Origin: Octopus sinensis | Taxonomy: Eukaryota | DNA length: 64,000 nucleotides | NCBI RefSeq assembly: GCF_006345805.1 | Contig: NC_043005.1 | Location: forward strand, 75,640,001-75,704,000 | Reading direction: 5' to 3' | Shown here: positions 1-13,495 of the stretch, piece by piece | Layout of the letters: each line of letters opens with the position of its first letter | Position numbering within the stretch: position 1 is the first letter of the stretch | The notes under the pieces: generated by a model | Seen by the model: the letters and a program-made list of their open reading frames with translations, nothing else | Database searches by the model: none | Told to the model about the DNA's origin: nothing | Position numbers and translations under genes: made by a program

Positions 1-40
1 GTGTGTGTATTCTGAGATTTTTCGATAAATTTTGACAGTA

Positions 41-304
41 ATAATTCTTTTTTGGAACGGTGGATCTCAAAGGAAATAAAGTTATATATATATATATAAA
101 ACATTGCATATGTAATAGCATCTAAATATTGGGTTAAAAGTCTCTTTGGATAAAAAAGCCTGTCACTTTTTATAGGAGATGAGAGTTTGTGTCCCACAAG
201 AGCCTTTAACTTTTTCTGTCGAAAGAATTTTTTAACTCAACATTGACACCATATTATTTGCAACTTTATTTACTTTGAGATCCACCATTTCAAATAAGAA
301 TTAT
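41..304. repeat. MITE-like fold-back with ~43 bp imperfect inverted termini
   Basis: 41-83 is the imperfect reverse complement of 262-304; a weaker nested inverted pair lies at ~133-152 and ~191-210. Confidence 0.6.
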
Positions 305-2089
305 GTATATATATATATATCATAATCTGTGTGAATAAATGATATAATTATCATTTTTGTTTATTTTTTTATTAAAAAAATTGTTTTTGTTTCCATTTGT
401 AGATTTATTTATGGCTGGTGGCTTGTAAATAATTGTGAAAAGATTGAGTTAATTAAGTGTTGTACTAGTAGTTCATGAGTCATTAGTTAAATTTAGTGCA
501 AGTAATTTGTGGTAGACTTTGTAAAGGATGCTAAACTCTAAAGTATCTTTGAGTTCATCTAAGTTTTGGAAATTAATACCAGATCAGGAAATGTCACTTG
601 CAATTGAGAAGAAGATTTATCTCTTAGCAGAGAGATAAGTACTTAAATTTTAAGTACTACTCTTTATCATCCTTCAGAGTTTTAAGATTTAAAAAAACGA
701 CAAACAAACAAAAAAATGAAGTGTAGAATTGGAAACAGTTGTTAAAAAGATTTTTATTAGGTTGACCTAAATTGTAACTTTTCTCAGTGAAGGTAACTCA
801 TAAATGCTCCTTCATCCTCAACAGCAATCTATAGCACCCTCCACTCCGCTGGCCCCCCATCCCACTGTCAGAGCAACCAGCTCTATCTTGTCTTACTTTA
901 ACAGCTTATCTTCTTATAAAACCCATTGACCTATTAAAACCTTCTCCAACCCTTTTGACACCAACCTGCAAAATGAGATTACCTCTGGTTCCCTAATAGA
1001 AATTTCCTGTTTTGAAGTGAGCTAAATTAAAACCTTCCATCAAGATTCCATTTTAATTTATGTCCCATATAAGGCTTTGAGCTGGCAAAATCATTAGCAT
1101 GTTGGACAAAATGCTTAGCAATATTTCTTCTGTCTTTACATTCTGAGTTCAAATTCTGCCAAGGTCGACTTTGCTTTTTATTTTTTGGGGTGGTCAATAA
1201 AACAAGTACCAGTTGAATACTGGGGTCGATGTAATCGACTTACCCTCCTCTAGAATTGTTGGCCTCATGCCAGAATTTGAAACCAGTTTATGTCTCATAT
1301 ACATATTTGACTAAATTCTTCATTATTTTTTAAATTAGTTGAAATAAAGTCAGTGTATTTCAACAGGAATATGGCAATAAAAGAGTTAACCTTTTGGTCA
1401 CCAACCTACCTGAAACTGCACTTGGTTCCATGATAGAGTCTTTCTGTTTTGAAGTGATCTATATTTAAACCTTCCCTCAAGATTCCATTTTTATTTATGT
1501 TCCATATACCTATTTGATTAAATTCTTTATTATTTCTAATATCAGAATCATTAACACACCAGTGAAAATGCATATTGGCTTTTTGTCCATCTTTACATTC
1601 TGAATTCAAATTCTGCTGAGGTTAACTTTGCCTTTCATCCTTCCAAGGTCAATAAAACATTACTGACTTCCCCGCTCCCTTGAAATTGCTGGTCTTGTGC
1701 CAAAATTTGAAACTATTATGATTTAAAACAGTTACCCTTATAGTAGGAACTTTATATTACTATGATTCTTTGTCAGAAAATAAACCCAGAAAACACATTA
1801 CATGAATTTCTTCCAGGCTGCAATTAATTTCCAGCAATTAAAATGTTTGATAAATATATCTTAGGTTTTGTCATGCTGATGGTTTCTAAAAAGAATGAAA
1901 TAGTGCTATACAGGATTACTACAGACTAGAAATTCAAAGAACTTCATGATAAAGAAGTTTGCTTTCTAATTACATGGTTTCAGGTTCAGTCCCACTGTGT
2001 TACCCTTTGGACAAGTGCCTTCTACTATTGCTTCAGGCCAACCAAAATCTCTTGAGTTGATTTGGTACTTAGAAACTGAAACAAGTTTG

Positions 2090-2130
<41 letters not shown>

Positions 2131-2257
2131 GTGTGTGTGTGTGTGTTTATGTCTTTGTGTCTCTGTTCGTCTGCTAGCACTGCTTGACAACCAGTGTTGC
2201 TGTGTTTATATCCCCATAACTTAATAGTTTAGCAAAAGAGAGTGTGTATGTGTATGC

Positions 2258-2304
<47 letters not shown>

Positions 2305-3890
2305 TATATGTGCATGTGTGTATATATATGTATATATATATATATATATATGTTTATATACACATGTATATAGATATATATGCATGTATATATGTTTCCT
2401 TGTGTTTGCATTTATCCCCAAACCTACCTATCCTTCCTTTGATAACCAATGTTGGTTTGTTTATGTCCCTGTAACTTTGTTGTTTGGCAAAAGAGCCTGC
2501 TGGTATAAGTACTAGTCTCTAAAACAGATACTGGGGTTGATTGAGCCCTTTCAGGTGGTGCCACAGCATGGCCATAATCCAGTAATTGAAACAAGTGAAA
2601 ATAAAAGAAAGATAAATATTTGGAAAAAAAAAACCTTTGCCAAGATACCAAGTTGTGGCTTCTCCATACATTTTATTCTCCAGCTTCTGGCATTAAAAAT
2701 AATTACCACCAAGCCCATTAATATCCACATAAAGAAACATGAACATCAAAAATTCTGACATTTAATTAAGTATTTACCAGTTAATTAGAACTATAAGTAC
2801 AAGTTCTTATTTGGTCATTGTAATCGACACACTTAATTACCAAACGATGAGAATGAAATCTTGTAGATCGGTGATTAATTCAAATTCTAATTTCTCTTCT
2901 CTTGAACCAATCATATTTGCAAAACTTTTCTTGTTCTGTTGAAATGACAAATGTTAGAGAATAAGTAGTAAGCACCCGATAAACCGAATATCTGACCTAG
3001 ATTCAATTCTTCTTTCAAACCCTGAAACCAGTAGAGATATTTTATCCTTAAATCTCTGATGAAAAGAGCATGACTCATTTACTCCAGTTTGTGGGGTAAA
3101 TATTTTTCGTCATATGAAGAGCTTACTTTCAAAACCAGATATATGCATCAGAATGCCTTTCAAGTAATTGTTTCAAACAACAACTTGAATATATCTGATT
3201 TTGATTTTAGCATGCCGGGCGAAATGCGTAGCCGTATTTCGTCTGCCGTTACGTTCTGGGTTCAAATTCCGCTGAGGTCAACGTTGCCTTTCATCCTTTC
3301 AGGGTCGATAAAATTAAGTACCAGTTAAGCACTGGGGTTGATGTAATCAACTTAATTTCGTCTCTCTGTTCTTGTTTGTCCCCTCTATGTTTAGCCCTTT
3401 GTGATTAGAATATTAAGCTCTGCCTACTGTCTAAATGGCATCTATCCCGGATTGACAGTAAAAAATTTCATGTTCATGAAGCCAGCAGCTTGCAGATTGT
3501 GTTTTAATGGTTATCATAAAATCAACCAAATATGCACTTATACCGGTTTCGAAAGTAGGCTCTTCATATTATTTTATGAGGGGATATAGCTGTAGAAGAG
3601 GTAGAGGGCGGGGGGAATAATTGCATTTTATCTTCCACTTGTTTCAGCCATTAGACTGCAGCCATGCTGTGGCGTCACCTTGAAGAATTTTTAGTTGAAT
3701 GAATTGGCACCAGTGTTTATTTTTGCTTTTTAAACCCGACACTTATTCTATCAGACACTAACGCTGAACTGCTAATTTAGAGGGACATAAACACACCAAC
3801 ACTGGTTGCCAAGTGGTGTTCAGGGACAAACACAGATGCAAAGACACACACATACACATACATTATACATACATATATATATGATATATG

Positions 3891-3922
<32 letters not shown>

Positions 3923-4009
3923 AGAAGATTGAAAAGGAACACATAAGATGATATATATAGAAAGGAAGTCAAGATAGAAAATGCTAAAATAATTTTATAA
4001 AAAACATTT

Positions 4010-4045
4010 CAGTACCAGTTTCAGTCATTGAGACTTTTTCAACTG
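4010..4045 (-). ncRNA. Hammerhead-like motif, U3-A8 core variant
   Basis: Minus strand: cag TTGAAAA agtc-tcaat-gact GAAA ctgg TA ctg. The C3-G8 pair is replaced by U3-A8; stem III ACTGGT is one CpG-type change from ACCGGT. Confidence 0.5.
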
Positions 4046-5236
4046 TAAGTATAGAAAACAATTAAATTTTGGAAAAATTAAAAAAAAGCTTTTTAAAGGA
4101 ATATTTGCATAGTATTCAAATACAAGGGGCATTTTCCCTGTTTCTCCCTGTCTCTGAGACAGATTTCATTCTCATCGTTTGGTAATTGGAATCAAGGGGA
4201 TCTGTAGGGAAAAAATGGTTGAGAACCACTTTGCTACACTAAATGCAACATTCTGAGATCAGAATACTTCCTATCTCATGTTTTCTTGTCTCCCCCTGCT
4301 GCAGGTTCAATTCATTTTAAGATCTTGGCACTTCCTTATGCAGCAGTCCTTCGTCAAATGCCTCAGAAACCTATATCAGTACAGTCTTCTCTCTTACACT
4401 CTACAACTGATTCTTGTTACACTCAATTATTCTTTCAATTTTGATGTTTATGCCCACTAACATTACACATCCTGTAGAGCACACTTACTACATTTCTATC
4501 TAGTTTTTGCAAATATCCTGCATTCAACACCCAAGTCTCACTACCTATTTCTTTACTACCCACAAGGGGCTAAACACAGAGGGGACAAACAATGACAGAC
4601 AAACGAATTAAGTCGGTTATATTGACCCCAGTGCATAACTGGTACTTATTTAATCGACCCTGAAAGTATGAAAGGCAAAGTCAACCTCGGCAGAATTTGA
4701 TCTCAGAACATAATGACAGACAGAATACAGCTACGCATTTTGCCCGGCGTGCTAATGGTTTTGTCAGCTCGCCCTCACTACCACGTAGTCTTGTAGCTCA
4801 AACACAAGCAACAGAGGTCAGGTTCTGAAGTTAGTGGAAGTGAGCACATAAAGCAAAAGACACTGTGACACATACCAAGCAATTTTACAGTCATTTCTCT
4901 TATATTACACAAAATATTTAATTAGTTATAATATACGTAATTGTCTTCTACATCCATTAATTCCATGTTTCAGTAACAATTTCATTAAGTATGAAGTTTA
5001 CAATTAGTGATATAGGTGTGATGTGAAAAAGACAAAACTCCATGGGATTGTTTGGTGTCAGAGTTTGTTTTGGTTCTTCTGATGTCAGCAGCCACCAACA
5101 TATCACAAGAGATGAGCAAACAGTTCAGGAACACAGGAGGCTGGTCAAATAAAGTAATGACTGCAGAAAGTTCTTCCAAGGCCATAAGATTAACAAAAAG
5201 GAAAAAAAGAGATTTGACTTTTACTGCAAAAGTGAA

Positions 5237-5697
5237 CATAGGTGCAGGAGTGGCTGTGTGGTCAGTAGCTTGCTTACCAACCACATGGATCCGGGTTCAG
5301 TCCCACTGCATGGCACCTTGGGCAAGTGTCTTCAACTATATAGCCTCGGGCCAACCAAAGCCTTGTGAGTGGATTTGGTAGACGGAAACTGAAAGAAACC
5401 TGTCGTATATATATATATGCTTGTGTATGTGTGTGTGTGTGTATGTGTGTGCGCGTATGTGTGTGTGTGTGTGTGTGTATGTATGTGTATATGTTTGTAT
5501 GTCTGTGTTTGTCCCCCCAACATCACTCGACAACCGATGCTGGTGTGTTTACATCCCTGTCTCTTAGTGGTTCAGCAAAAGAGACCGATAGAATAAGTAC
5601 TAGGCTTACAAAGAATAAGTCCTGGGGTCGATTTGCTCGACTAAATATGGCGCTCCAGCATGACCACAGTCAAATGACTGAAACAAGTAAAAGAGTA
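5237..5697 (+). mobile_element. tRNA-derived SINE family A, full length, with an internal TA/TG microsatellite
   Basis: A box TGGCTGTGTGG and B box GGTTCAGTCC, then ccttgggcaagtgtctt and a 3' end gactgaaacaagtaaaaga. Further copies at ~1965, 3625, 7680, 10095, 11540, 13300, 42160, 43040, 46700, 51990. Confidence 0.85.
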
Positions 5698-6336
5698 AGT
5701 TTAAAGTGATTTCCATTGAGCCACAAACCATTTACCAATTCTGTAGTTCACCCCCTCCCCTCTATGCCCTAAGCCCTCTCTTATTTTGTTTAATGGTTAA
5801 TCCAGCTCTGCTTGTACCCCATATACAGCTGAGTGAACTGGGGCAACATGAAATAAATTGTTTTGCTCAAGAACACAGTATGCCACCCCGGTCTGGGAAT
5901 CAAAACCATGATTAGTTGTAAGTGCAAACACTAGACAACATGCCTTCACTGCTAATACTTTCAGACATTATAAAACTATAGGACATTACATGTGTATTTA
6001 TGAAAGTGAATTGGCTGTTTCTTTTTCTCTGGCTGGAATTTTTTCGAAGTGGAAAACACTGGTTCATGAGAACTGGTTTATCAAAGTTAAGGTGACACCA
6101 GCCAGTGTGACTTAGCAGCTGCTTAGCTTTGCTGAATACCAGCTAAATGCTTGAGTAACTGACCTACTTAGAAAATGTGACCTGCTTATCATTTAGCTCT
6201 ACAGTAACTATGAAAATGTACTATATCTATATATATGCAGTAATTCCACTCTACTCTTTTTACATCTAATTTCACACACACACACACACACATACACCAT
6301 CACACATACACAGTCACACACAGACACACACACCAT

Positions 6337-6367
<31 letters not shown>

Positions 6368-7457
6368 CATCACACACATGCACATTCACACACACACACA
6401 CCATCACACACACACACTCACCCCCACACACACAGAATCACACATTCATGTATAGCTAAATCCATATACACATTTGCCTAAGATGGATATATATAGTTGT
6501 ATTTGTGTGTTTGTGCTTGTATGTGTGCTGTGTGTGCATGTGTGTATGTGTGTGTATGTGTGTTTATTTCTGTGCATATATTAGTGTTTGTATTTGTATG
6601 TATTTGTGTGTGCTTATGTGTGTGTACATGTACATGTGTGTTTCCATTTGTGTAAACATGTTTGTATATGTGTGTGTGTGACTGTGTGTTTGTGTATGTT
6701 TGTATTTGTGTGCTTGCATGTATATGTGTGTGTATCTGTGTGTGTGTGTGCGTGGTATGTCTTGCATATGTGGTATGTGCATTATGTATATGTAAAACGA
6801 ATACATTCATTTACTGTATCACTCTACTTCATTTATTCCGTCCAAATTATTTTGGTATTCACCAGCCTGAAATTGTGTGTTTTTCTTTTTTTATTGTTAT
6901 TATGCTAATGTTAACTATTCTAGATTGAAACCGGAATTTGATAACATAGTCTAGTCAATTATTTCTGAAAAGAACTTTCCATTAAACTATTTGTTCATGT
7001 GGCAAATATTTCATAGAAAATTCTAAACTGACATTATATTTAAAGAGAGAAAAGTTAAATATGTTTGTTGGTTTGATTTGATTTCATTAGATTATTTCAG
7101 TTGCTATTTTATTTTTGCAAGAAAAGTATAAACCCGCACGCCCACACACACACACACCTTCCTCTCCACACACACATCTTCCCCTCCGCACACACACGGT
7201 TCGAAATGATGCCGCAAACAAAAGACGGAGACAGATGAGAGAACAACAACCAGGGTGTAGTAGTTTGACGCACAGGAAGAATGGAAGAAATCTTCGATAT
7301 TTCAAGCCTACACTCTCCTTCAGAAAGAAATGAGGAGAGAGGAAAGAGGAAAATAAAAAAAATGGAAAGAAAAAGAACATTATAGTTACATCATCACTGG
7401 GTCAATGATGTAACTGAGGTTACGTCACACACATTGATGTAACCATGATCTTCTGTT

Positions 7458-7610
7458 GATCTGATGAGCAAGCTTTCTTCATCTGCATTAATTTGTAAAT
7501 TAAATTTGTAATTTACAATGTAGCATGCATATTAATGCAAATATATAAACACAATTTATTATACTCTGAGATTATTATTATATGAACAAGGCTGTGAAAC
7601 AACTGTAATC
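7458..7610 (+). ncRNA. Type-I hammerhead-like motif with a very long stem II
   Basis: gat CTGATGA gcaagctttcttcat...atgaacaaggctgt GAAA caactg TA atc. Stem I only 3 bp, stem II base about 11 bp, stem III one change from a palindrome. Confidence 0.55.
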
Positions 7611-8049
7611 CTTGCAATAGCAAGTGGTTAACTAAGTATATTCACCTCTCATACCTTCTGACGTTATATAGTTTATCTTTTATCTTTTATTTGTTTCAGT
7701 CATTTGACTGTGGCCATGCTGGAGCACCACTTTGGGAATTTTAGTTGAATTAATCGACCCCAGTATTTATTTTCTTTTTAAACTTGGTACTTATTCTATC
7801 ATTCTCTTTAGCCAAACTGCTAAGTTATGGGGATGTTAAGCAGTGGCTGGAGACAAACACACACACACACACATGCACATGTATGTAATGGGTTTCAGTT
7901 TCCATCTACCAAATTTATTCATAAGGCTTTGGTTGGCCTGAGACTCTAGTCGAAGACATTTGACCAAGGTGATATGCAGTGAGATTGAACCTGGAACCAT
8001 GTGGTTGGGAAGCAAACTTCCTACCACACACTCATGCCTGCACCTATAT

Positions 8050-8109
<60 letters not shown>

Positions 8110-8532
8110 CAGGATGGCCTGCTGTGCTTATCTTGGATCGTGGGGTGACTTGCTGTCCTTGAGGAGACCTATTGAGTCAAGTACAGCAACATCAAAATAA
8201 ATATCAAATGGAAATTGTAGTTGTGATACCTGTGCTGGTGGCATGTAAAAAGCACCATCTGAACGTGGCCAATGCCAGCATGGCCTTAGCTGGCTTCTGT
8301 GCTGGTGGCATGTAAAAAGCACCGACCGATCGTACCTGTTGCCAGCCTCCTGTGGCACGTGAAAAGCACCCACTACACTCTCACGGAGTGGTTGGCGTTA
8401 GGAAGGGCATCCAGCTGTAAAAACACTGCCAGATCAGACTGGAATCTGGTGCAGCCTCCTGGCTTCCCTGACTCCAGTTGAACCATCCAACCCATGTTAG
8501 CAAGGAAAACGGATGTTAAACGATGTTGATGA

Positions 8533-8573
<41 letters not shown>

Positions 8574-8760
8574 AGTGAGTGGACAAAAGAAAGAAGGACA
8601 CTCAACACATTTATTGGGAGTTAAATGTATGTATCAAAACAGTTTGATTCAAATATATATATTTCAAGCGAACTCTCAGACACTGATTTTGCAACAAGCA
8701 AAAATGCTTGTTCTAAAATCTCTCTAAGTGATCAGTGCAATAGTTGTACTGACAAGTAAC

Positions 8761-9120
8761 ATTTGTAGCCACTTTAACACGGCTGTCCATTCAAGTGGAC
8801 TCTGCTATGATTTTTTAATGCCAAGAGGATATCTCCTCTAGCTGGTTAACAATGCACAACTGTAACCAATAAAATTGATCAGCACAGTAGTTTCCTGACA
8901 AATAATATATATATTGCGCGCAGAAGTGAGCTGCTATCATCTGTGGCAGATGAAGTGTCCAGTGCTGAGGAGTGGCAGAAATAGCCTAAAACCAGGACTG
9001 GTCTATTGGTTCCGTCTATTGGTTCCCCGCTTGCAATTTTATTAAGTGCAGCTGTCCTCTTGGGATTATAAAATTGCAGTAGAGTCTGCTTGAATGGACA
9101 GCCATGTTAAAGTGGCAACG

Positions 9121-9123
<3 letters not shown>
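8761..9123. mobile_element. Diverged fold-back element related to 18842-19571, with a degenerate hammerhead at 8959-9009 (+)
   Basis: Inverted arms at ~8761-8830 and ~9053-9123; the arm resembles 18904-18985. Internal ccagtg CTGAGGA gtggc...gcct AAAA ccag-ga-ctgg TC tattgg. Confidence 0.6.
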
Positions 9124-9187
<64 letters not shown>

Positions 9188-10672
9188 TAATGTATGTGTG
9201 TCTTTGTGTCTATGTTTGTCACCCATCCACCTGCCACCATCTGACAATTGGTATTGGTTTGTTTACATCTCTATAAGTTAGCAGTGCAACAAAAGCAACC
9301 TATAGAACAAGTACCAATCTTTAAAAAAAAAAACAGAAAAGGATACAAACAAGCCATAAGTTCCAGGGTTAATTCATTTGACTAAAAGATTCTTGAAGGC
9401 AATGCCCCCAGCAAGGCTGTACTCCAATGACTGAAGCAAGTAAAAGATAAAAAATATAAGATGAAAGATATGTTTTTAAAAAAACTACTTTTTACTTTCT
9501 ATTTTTATAAAATCAAATTGGTGACTGGAAATTTAACAAGTTGCTTGGTTTTAAATATCAAATGTTGCTAAAAATATATTGTATTTTTATTTAATTAATT
9601 ATTTGGCTGTGTTTTTAGTGGATATATCCAAATGAACAAATCATATTCAAGATATTTGGAAGTTAGAATTTGCTTTGAGCACTATTTAAGATTAAAAAGT
9701 ATTAACTATATACCTTGAGGAAAGTACTTCACATCTATATTTACAAATCATGATGATGATGATGATGATGATCACCATCATCATCATCATCATCATCATT
9801 TAATATCAACTTTTTCATACTCGTATGGGTCAGATGGAATTTGTTCAGACAGATTTTCTTTGGCCAGATGCCCATCCTGTTGCCAACTCCCACCTGTTTT
9901 CAAGCAAGTTTACATTTCTTTAGGGTCAGATATGTTTTGCATGGAAGACTGGAAACAAACAACATCGCTTGTATGACAGTGAAACTCGTTTACAAACCAT
10001 CACATGATGTCAAGACAAGAGTACACATAAATGCACACATGCACGCGTGTGTATGCACACACACACACAACACACACACACACAGACTCTCTCTCTCACA
10101 ATGGGCTTCTCTCAGTTTCAATCTACCAGATCCCAGATACATTCACAAGGCTTTGGTTAACCTAGGGCTGTAGTAGAAAACACTTGCTCAAGATGTCATG
10201 CAATAGCACTGAACCTAAGACCACATGGTTGGGAAGCAAGCACGCAGCCATATCTGTGCCTAACACATCCATCCATCCATCAACCAGCCAACCAACCATA
10301 ATATATCCTTCCTCATGCAGGCCCTTCACTAACAACTATATCCTGTCCTTCCTCTGGAATTCTTTTACTTCACAGGTTATTCCTGCAGCTTTTGACATGA
10401 AACAGTTCACGAACACTAATAACATTGATCCCATTATCAAACAGAGCCCTGAAAGAAGATGAGATAAACACAGCCCTTCTTTCAAACCAAAACAATATCA
10501 AAGAATCTGTTTCATTGCATTCTTAAATGAACACTTAATTCCTTGTATATTGATTCAATTCCTCTAGCTCTCTCTCTCTTATTTCCTTTATTAGAAAAAT
10601 TTGATAAATATCATAATGACAGATTTGATGAATTTCTTAATAATAACATATGTTTTTTCTTGAACTTTACAG

Positions 10673-10820
10673 TTTGGTCGTCGAGTTTGTTGTACCTGTC
10701 GGACCCCACCAGAAAAGCCTGTATTCCAAGTATTGTGTTTGGGACTAACTGGATCAGGAAAGAGTGCTATTATATATGCCTTAAGTAAAGATTCTATTGA
10801 CAAACTGGAGCCTACAGTAG
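10673..10820 (+). CDS. ARL15: ARL15 (ADP-ribosylation factor-like GTPase 15), internal coding exon equivalent to human exon 2; Cys cluster and P-loop
   Basis: Acceptor tttttcttgaactttacAG at 10671-10672 and donor GTGAGT at 10821; 148 nt, phase 0 to 1. Translates FGRRVCCTCRTPPEKPVFQVLCLGLTGSGKSAIIYALSKDSIDKLEPTV(G), matching the ARL15 pattern LCC.GPPP.RP...LVCIGLTGSGKT as I recall it. Confidence 0.93.
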
Positions 10821-10920
10821 GTGAGTGTTGTTATTGTTTAGCCCAAGGACATCGTTGATTGAGCAAACCTATAATCAAAGTTGTTCCAGTCATGATCTTT
10901 CCCCATCTTCTTGTATCTCA

Positions 10921-11349
10921 TTTACTCTTTTACTTGTTTCAGTCATTTGACTGTGGTCATGCTGGAGCACCACCTTTAGTTGAGCAAACTGTCCCCAGGA
11001 CTTATTCTTTGGAAGCCTAGTACTTATTCTATCAGTCTCTTTTGCCGAACCTCTAAGTTACAGGGACGTAAACACACCAGCATCTGTTGTCAAGCGATGT
11101 TGGGGGAACAAACACAGACACACAAACATATACACACACATACACACACACGCACACACACACACACACACACACATACACACATGTATATGACAAGCTT
11201 CTTTCAGTTTCCGTCTACCAAATCCACTCACAAGGCTTTGGTCAGCTCGAGGCTATAGTAGAAGACACTTGCCCAAGGTGCCACGCACTGGAACTGAACC
11301 CGGAACCATGAGGTTGGTAAGCAAGCTACTTACCACACAGCCACTCCTG
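10921..11349 (-). mobile_element. SINE family A, full length, ~100 bp downstream of the first ARL15 exon seen
   Basis: Reverse complement of the 5237-5697 family. Confidence 0.88.
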
Positions 11350-12269
11350 TATACACAATCAGAATATCCTATTTGATACTTACCAACCATAGACCAGAAC
11401 CACAGTTTTATCCAACCCTACCTGGGGCATATCTTTCTATCTGAATCCTTATTTTACTCTCTTTCTCTCTCTCTCTCCCTATATGTATATATATATATAT
11501 ATATAGATATATGTGTGTGTGTGTGTGTGTGTACAGTGAGCTTCTTTTGGTTTCCATCTACTTAATTCACTTACAAGGATTTGCTCGGCCTGGAGCTATG
11601 GTAGACGATACTCACCCAAGGTGCTATATAGTGGGACCGAACTTGAGCCATGTAGTTGAGAAATGAGCTTCTTAACCACACAGCCATGCCAATGCCTATC
11701 TCTGAAATTTATGTTGAACTTCAGACAAATTTCTTTTGATATCCAACTGTAGCCTATTTGTGTTATGCAGAATGCACATGTACAATCCATTTGCTGTTGT
11801 TTAACTTCAGGTCAGTTCTGACTCAGTGGACCAATGATCAAAAGCATTCCAGCTATGACTATTGACGATCATCTAATGTGTCCTTCCTTTTTCTTTTTAA
11901 ATGGTATAATATAATTTGAAAGGCTGCAAGCTGACAGGGCTGTTAGCACATTAGACAAAACACTTAGAACATAAAGAGTCAGAAAACAAAGGTCTGAAAT
12001 TTCAAATCCTGCTGAGATAAACTCAACCTTTTCATCCATTTGGGATTGATAAAATAAAGTTGGAGACTCCCTTCGGTCACGAATGACCATGAAATTGCAC
12101 CTAGAAAGTTACCCTCTGAGGCACAAGTCCAGGCAAGGTTGTTTATGGAAGTCCAGCAGTGGCCCATACATACCAGCCACCCATCTCCATCCCACCGATG
12201 TTATCCAAGGGAAAGGCAAAGGCCGATATAACTTGGCACTAGTGACATCGCAACTCATTTCTACAGTGA

Positions 12270-12394
12270 AGGCGCATGGCTCAGTGGTTAGAGCGTCGAA
12301 CTTATGACCATGAGGTTGTGAGTTCGAATCCTGGACCAGGCTGCGTGTTGTGTTCTTGAGCAAGACACTTTATTTCACGTTGCTCCAGTTCACT
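12270..12394 (+). mobile_element. tRNA-derived SINE family C head
   Basis: TGGCTCAGTGGTTAGAGCG...GAGTTCGAATCC followed by gtgttgtgttcttgagcaagacactt. Related heads at ~5815(-), 14353, 15405-15650(-), 16065(-), 33000(-), 34505, 36875, 62445. Confidence 0.75.
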
Positions 12395-13461
12395 ATAATA
12401 AAGTACCAATAAATTAATTGGGGTCAATGTAATTTGAACCCGGCTACAGGCTTCTGTCCTGTTCAGGGGAATGTTGTGATCTCAGTCACTTAATCTGTTA
12501 AGGAAGCCAGGAAACAAGTCTTCTGAGTATTAGGGGTCAACGAAAATTATAGTTGAGGAATATTTGCTTACTATTTCTAACATGTCTTACAATCGTGTGC
12601 AGGTCCTTTTGTTGGCTTGTACTCATCACCTGTTTTGTTAAGCGTGATATTATGTCATGATAAGGAAAAGAGAAAGTACAGAAGCTGTCATACACCAGCC
12701 TCATCATCCCATCATAAGCATGACTAAGGAAGAAGATACTGGAAAGATCTTGTGCAGATTTAATCACTGGCGCTCTTTCTTCAACATAAACTGATATTTA
12801 TCATGTACAGACATATATCTTGCTGTTAATTACATCTAATTGGTGTGATTTATTTATTTTTTTCCTTCTTGTTTACATAACCTTATGTTGAATGCCGTCT
12901 TCTCAATACATGAATCAATATATTCATTCGAAAACATCAATAAAAATCACCGTTGTGTAAAATTAGATTAGAACATCAATTAAATTTTATAATAAAATAG
13001 AATTTTACTTTAGGAAGACAAAGAATCTAATGAAAACAGGGATGAAATTTACCAGAGTGACATTTAAATTGAGGCCATCGGATTTTTCTTTATTTAGTTT
13101 TTTTCTTTAATTAGGTAAAGTTATGTTTTTTGTCAGATGAGAAATATAATCAGTTAATCAATATTAGTATATTATTGATACATGTTTTCTTGTTGTTGTT
13201 CTTGTGTAGCCCTGGGTCAGCCTTGATCAAGTAGACCTATGCTTTAAAAGCACCTCAGCCATGGCCATCCTTGCTTTTATTTATTTATTTATTTAGTTTG
13301 GAGTGGTTGTGTGGTAAGAAGTTTGCTTCCCAACCACATGGTTCCAGGTTCAGTTCCACTGTGTGACACCTTGGGTAGGTGTCTTATATTATAGCTTCAG
13401 GCTGACCAAAACCTTGTCAGTGAATTTGGGAGACAGAGACTGAAAAGAAGCTCATTGTATG

Positions 13462-13495
<34 letters not shown>

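Noticed and set aside
403-424. Possible 22 nt upstream ARL15 micro-exon (FIYGWWL), phase-compatible with the exon at 10673
   Set aside because: Good pyrimidine tract and AG, but a weak GTAAAT donor and no recognisable homology; the ATG at 411 reaches a stop after five codons. Needs RNA-seq.
5052-5381. 109 aa ORF as a candidate first ARL15 exon
   Set aside because: No similarity to ARL15 N-termini that I can recognise, and its 3' half is a SINE-A head.
12270-12345. tRNA gene (also ~16950-17022 and SINE-A heads)
   Set aside because: A and B boxes are present, but the acceptor stems are poor and the sequence runs into shared SINE bodies; these are tRNA-derived heads.
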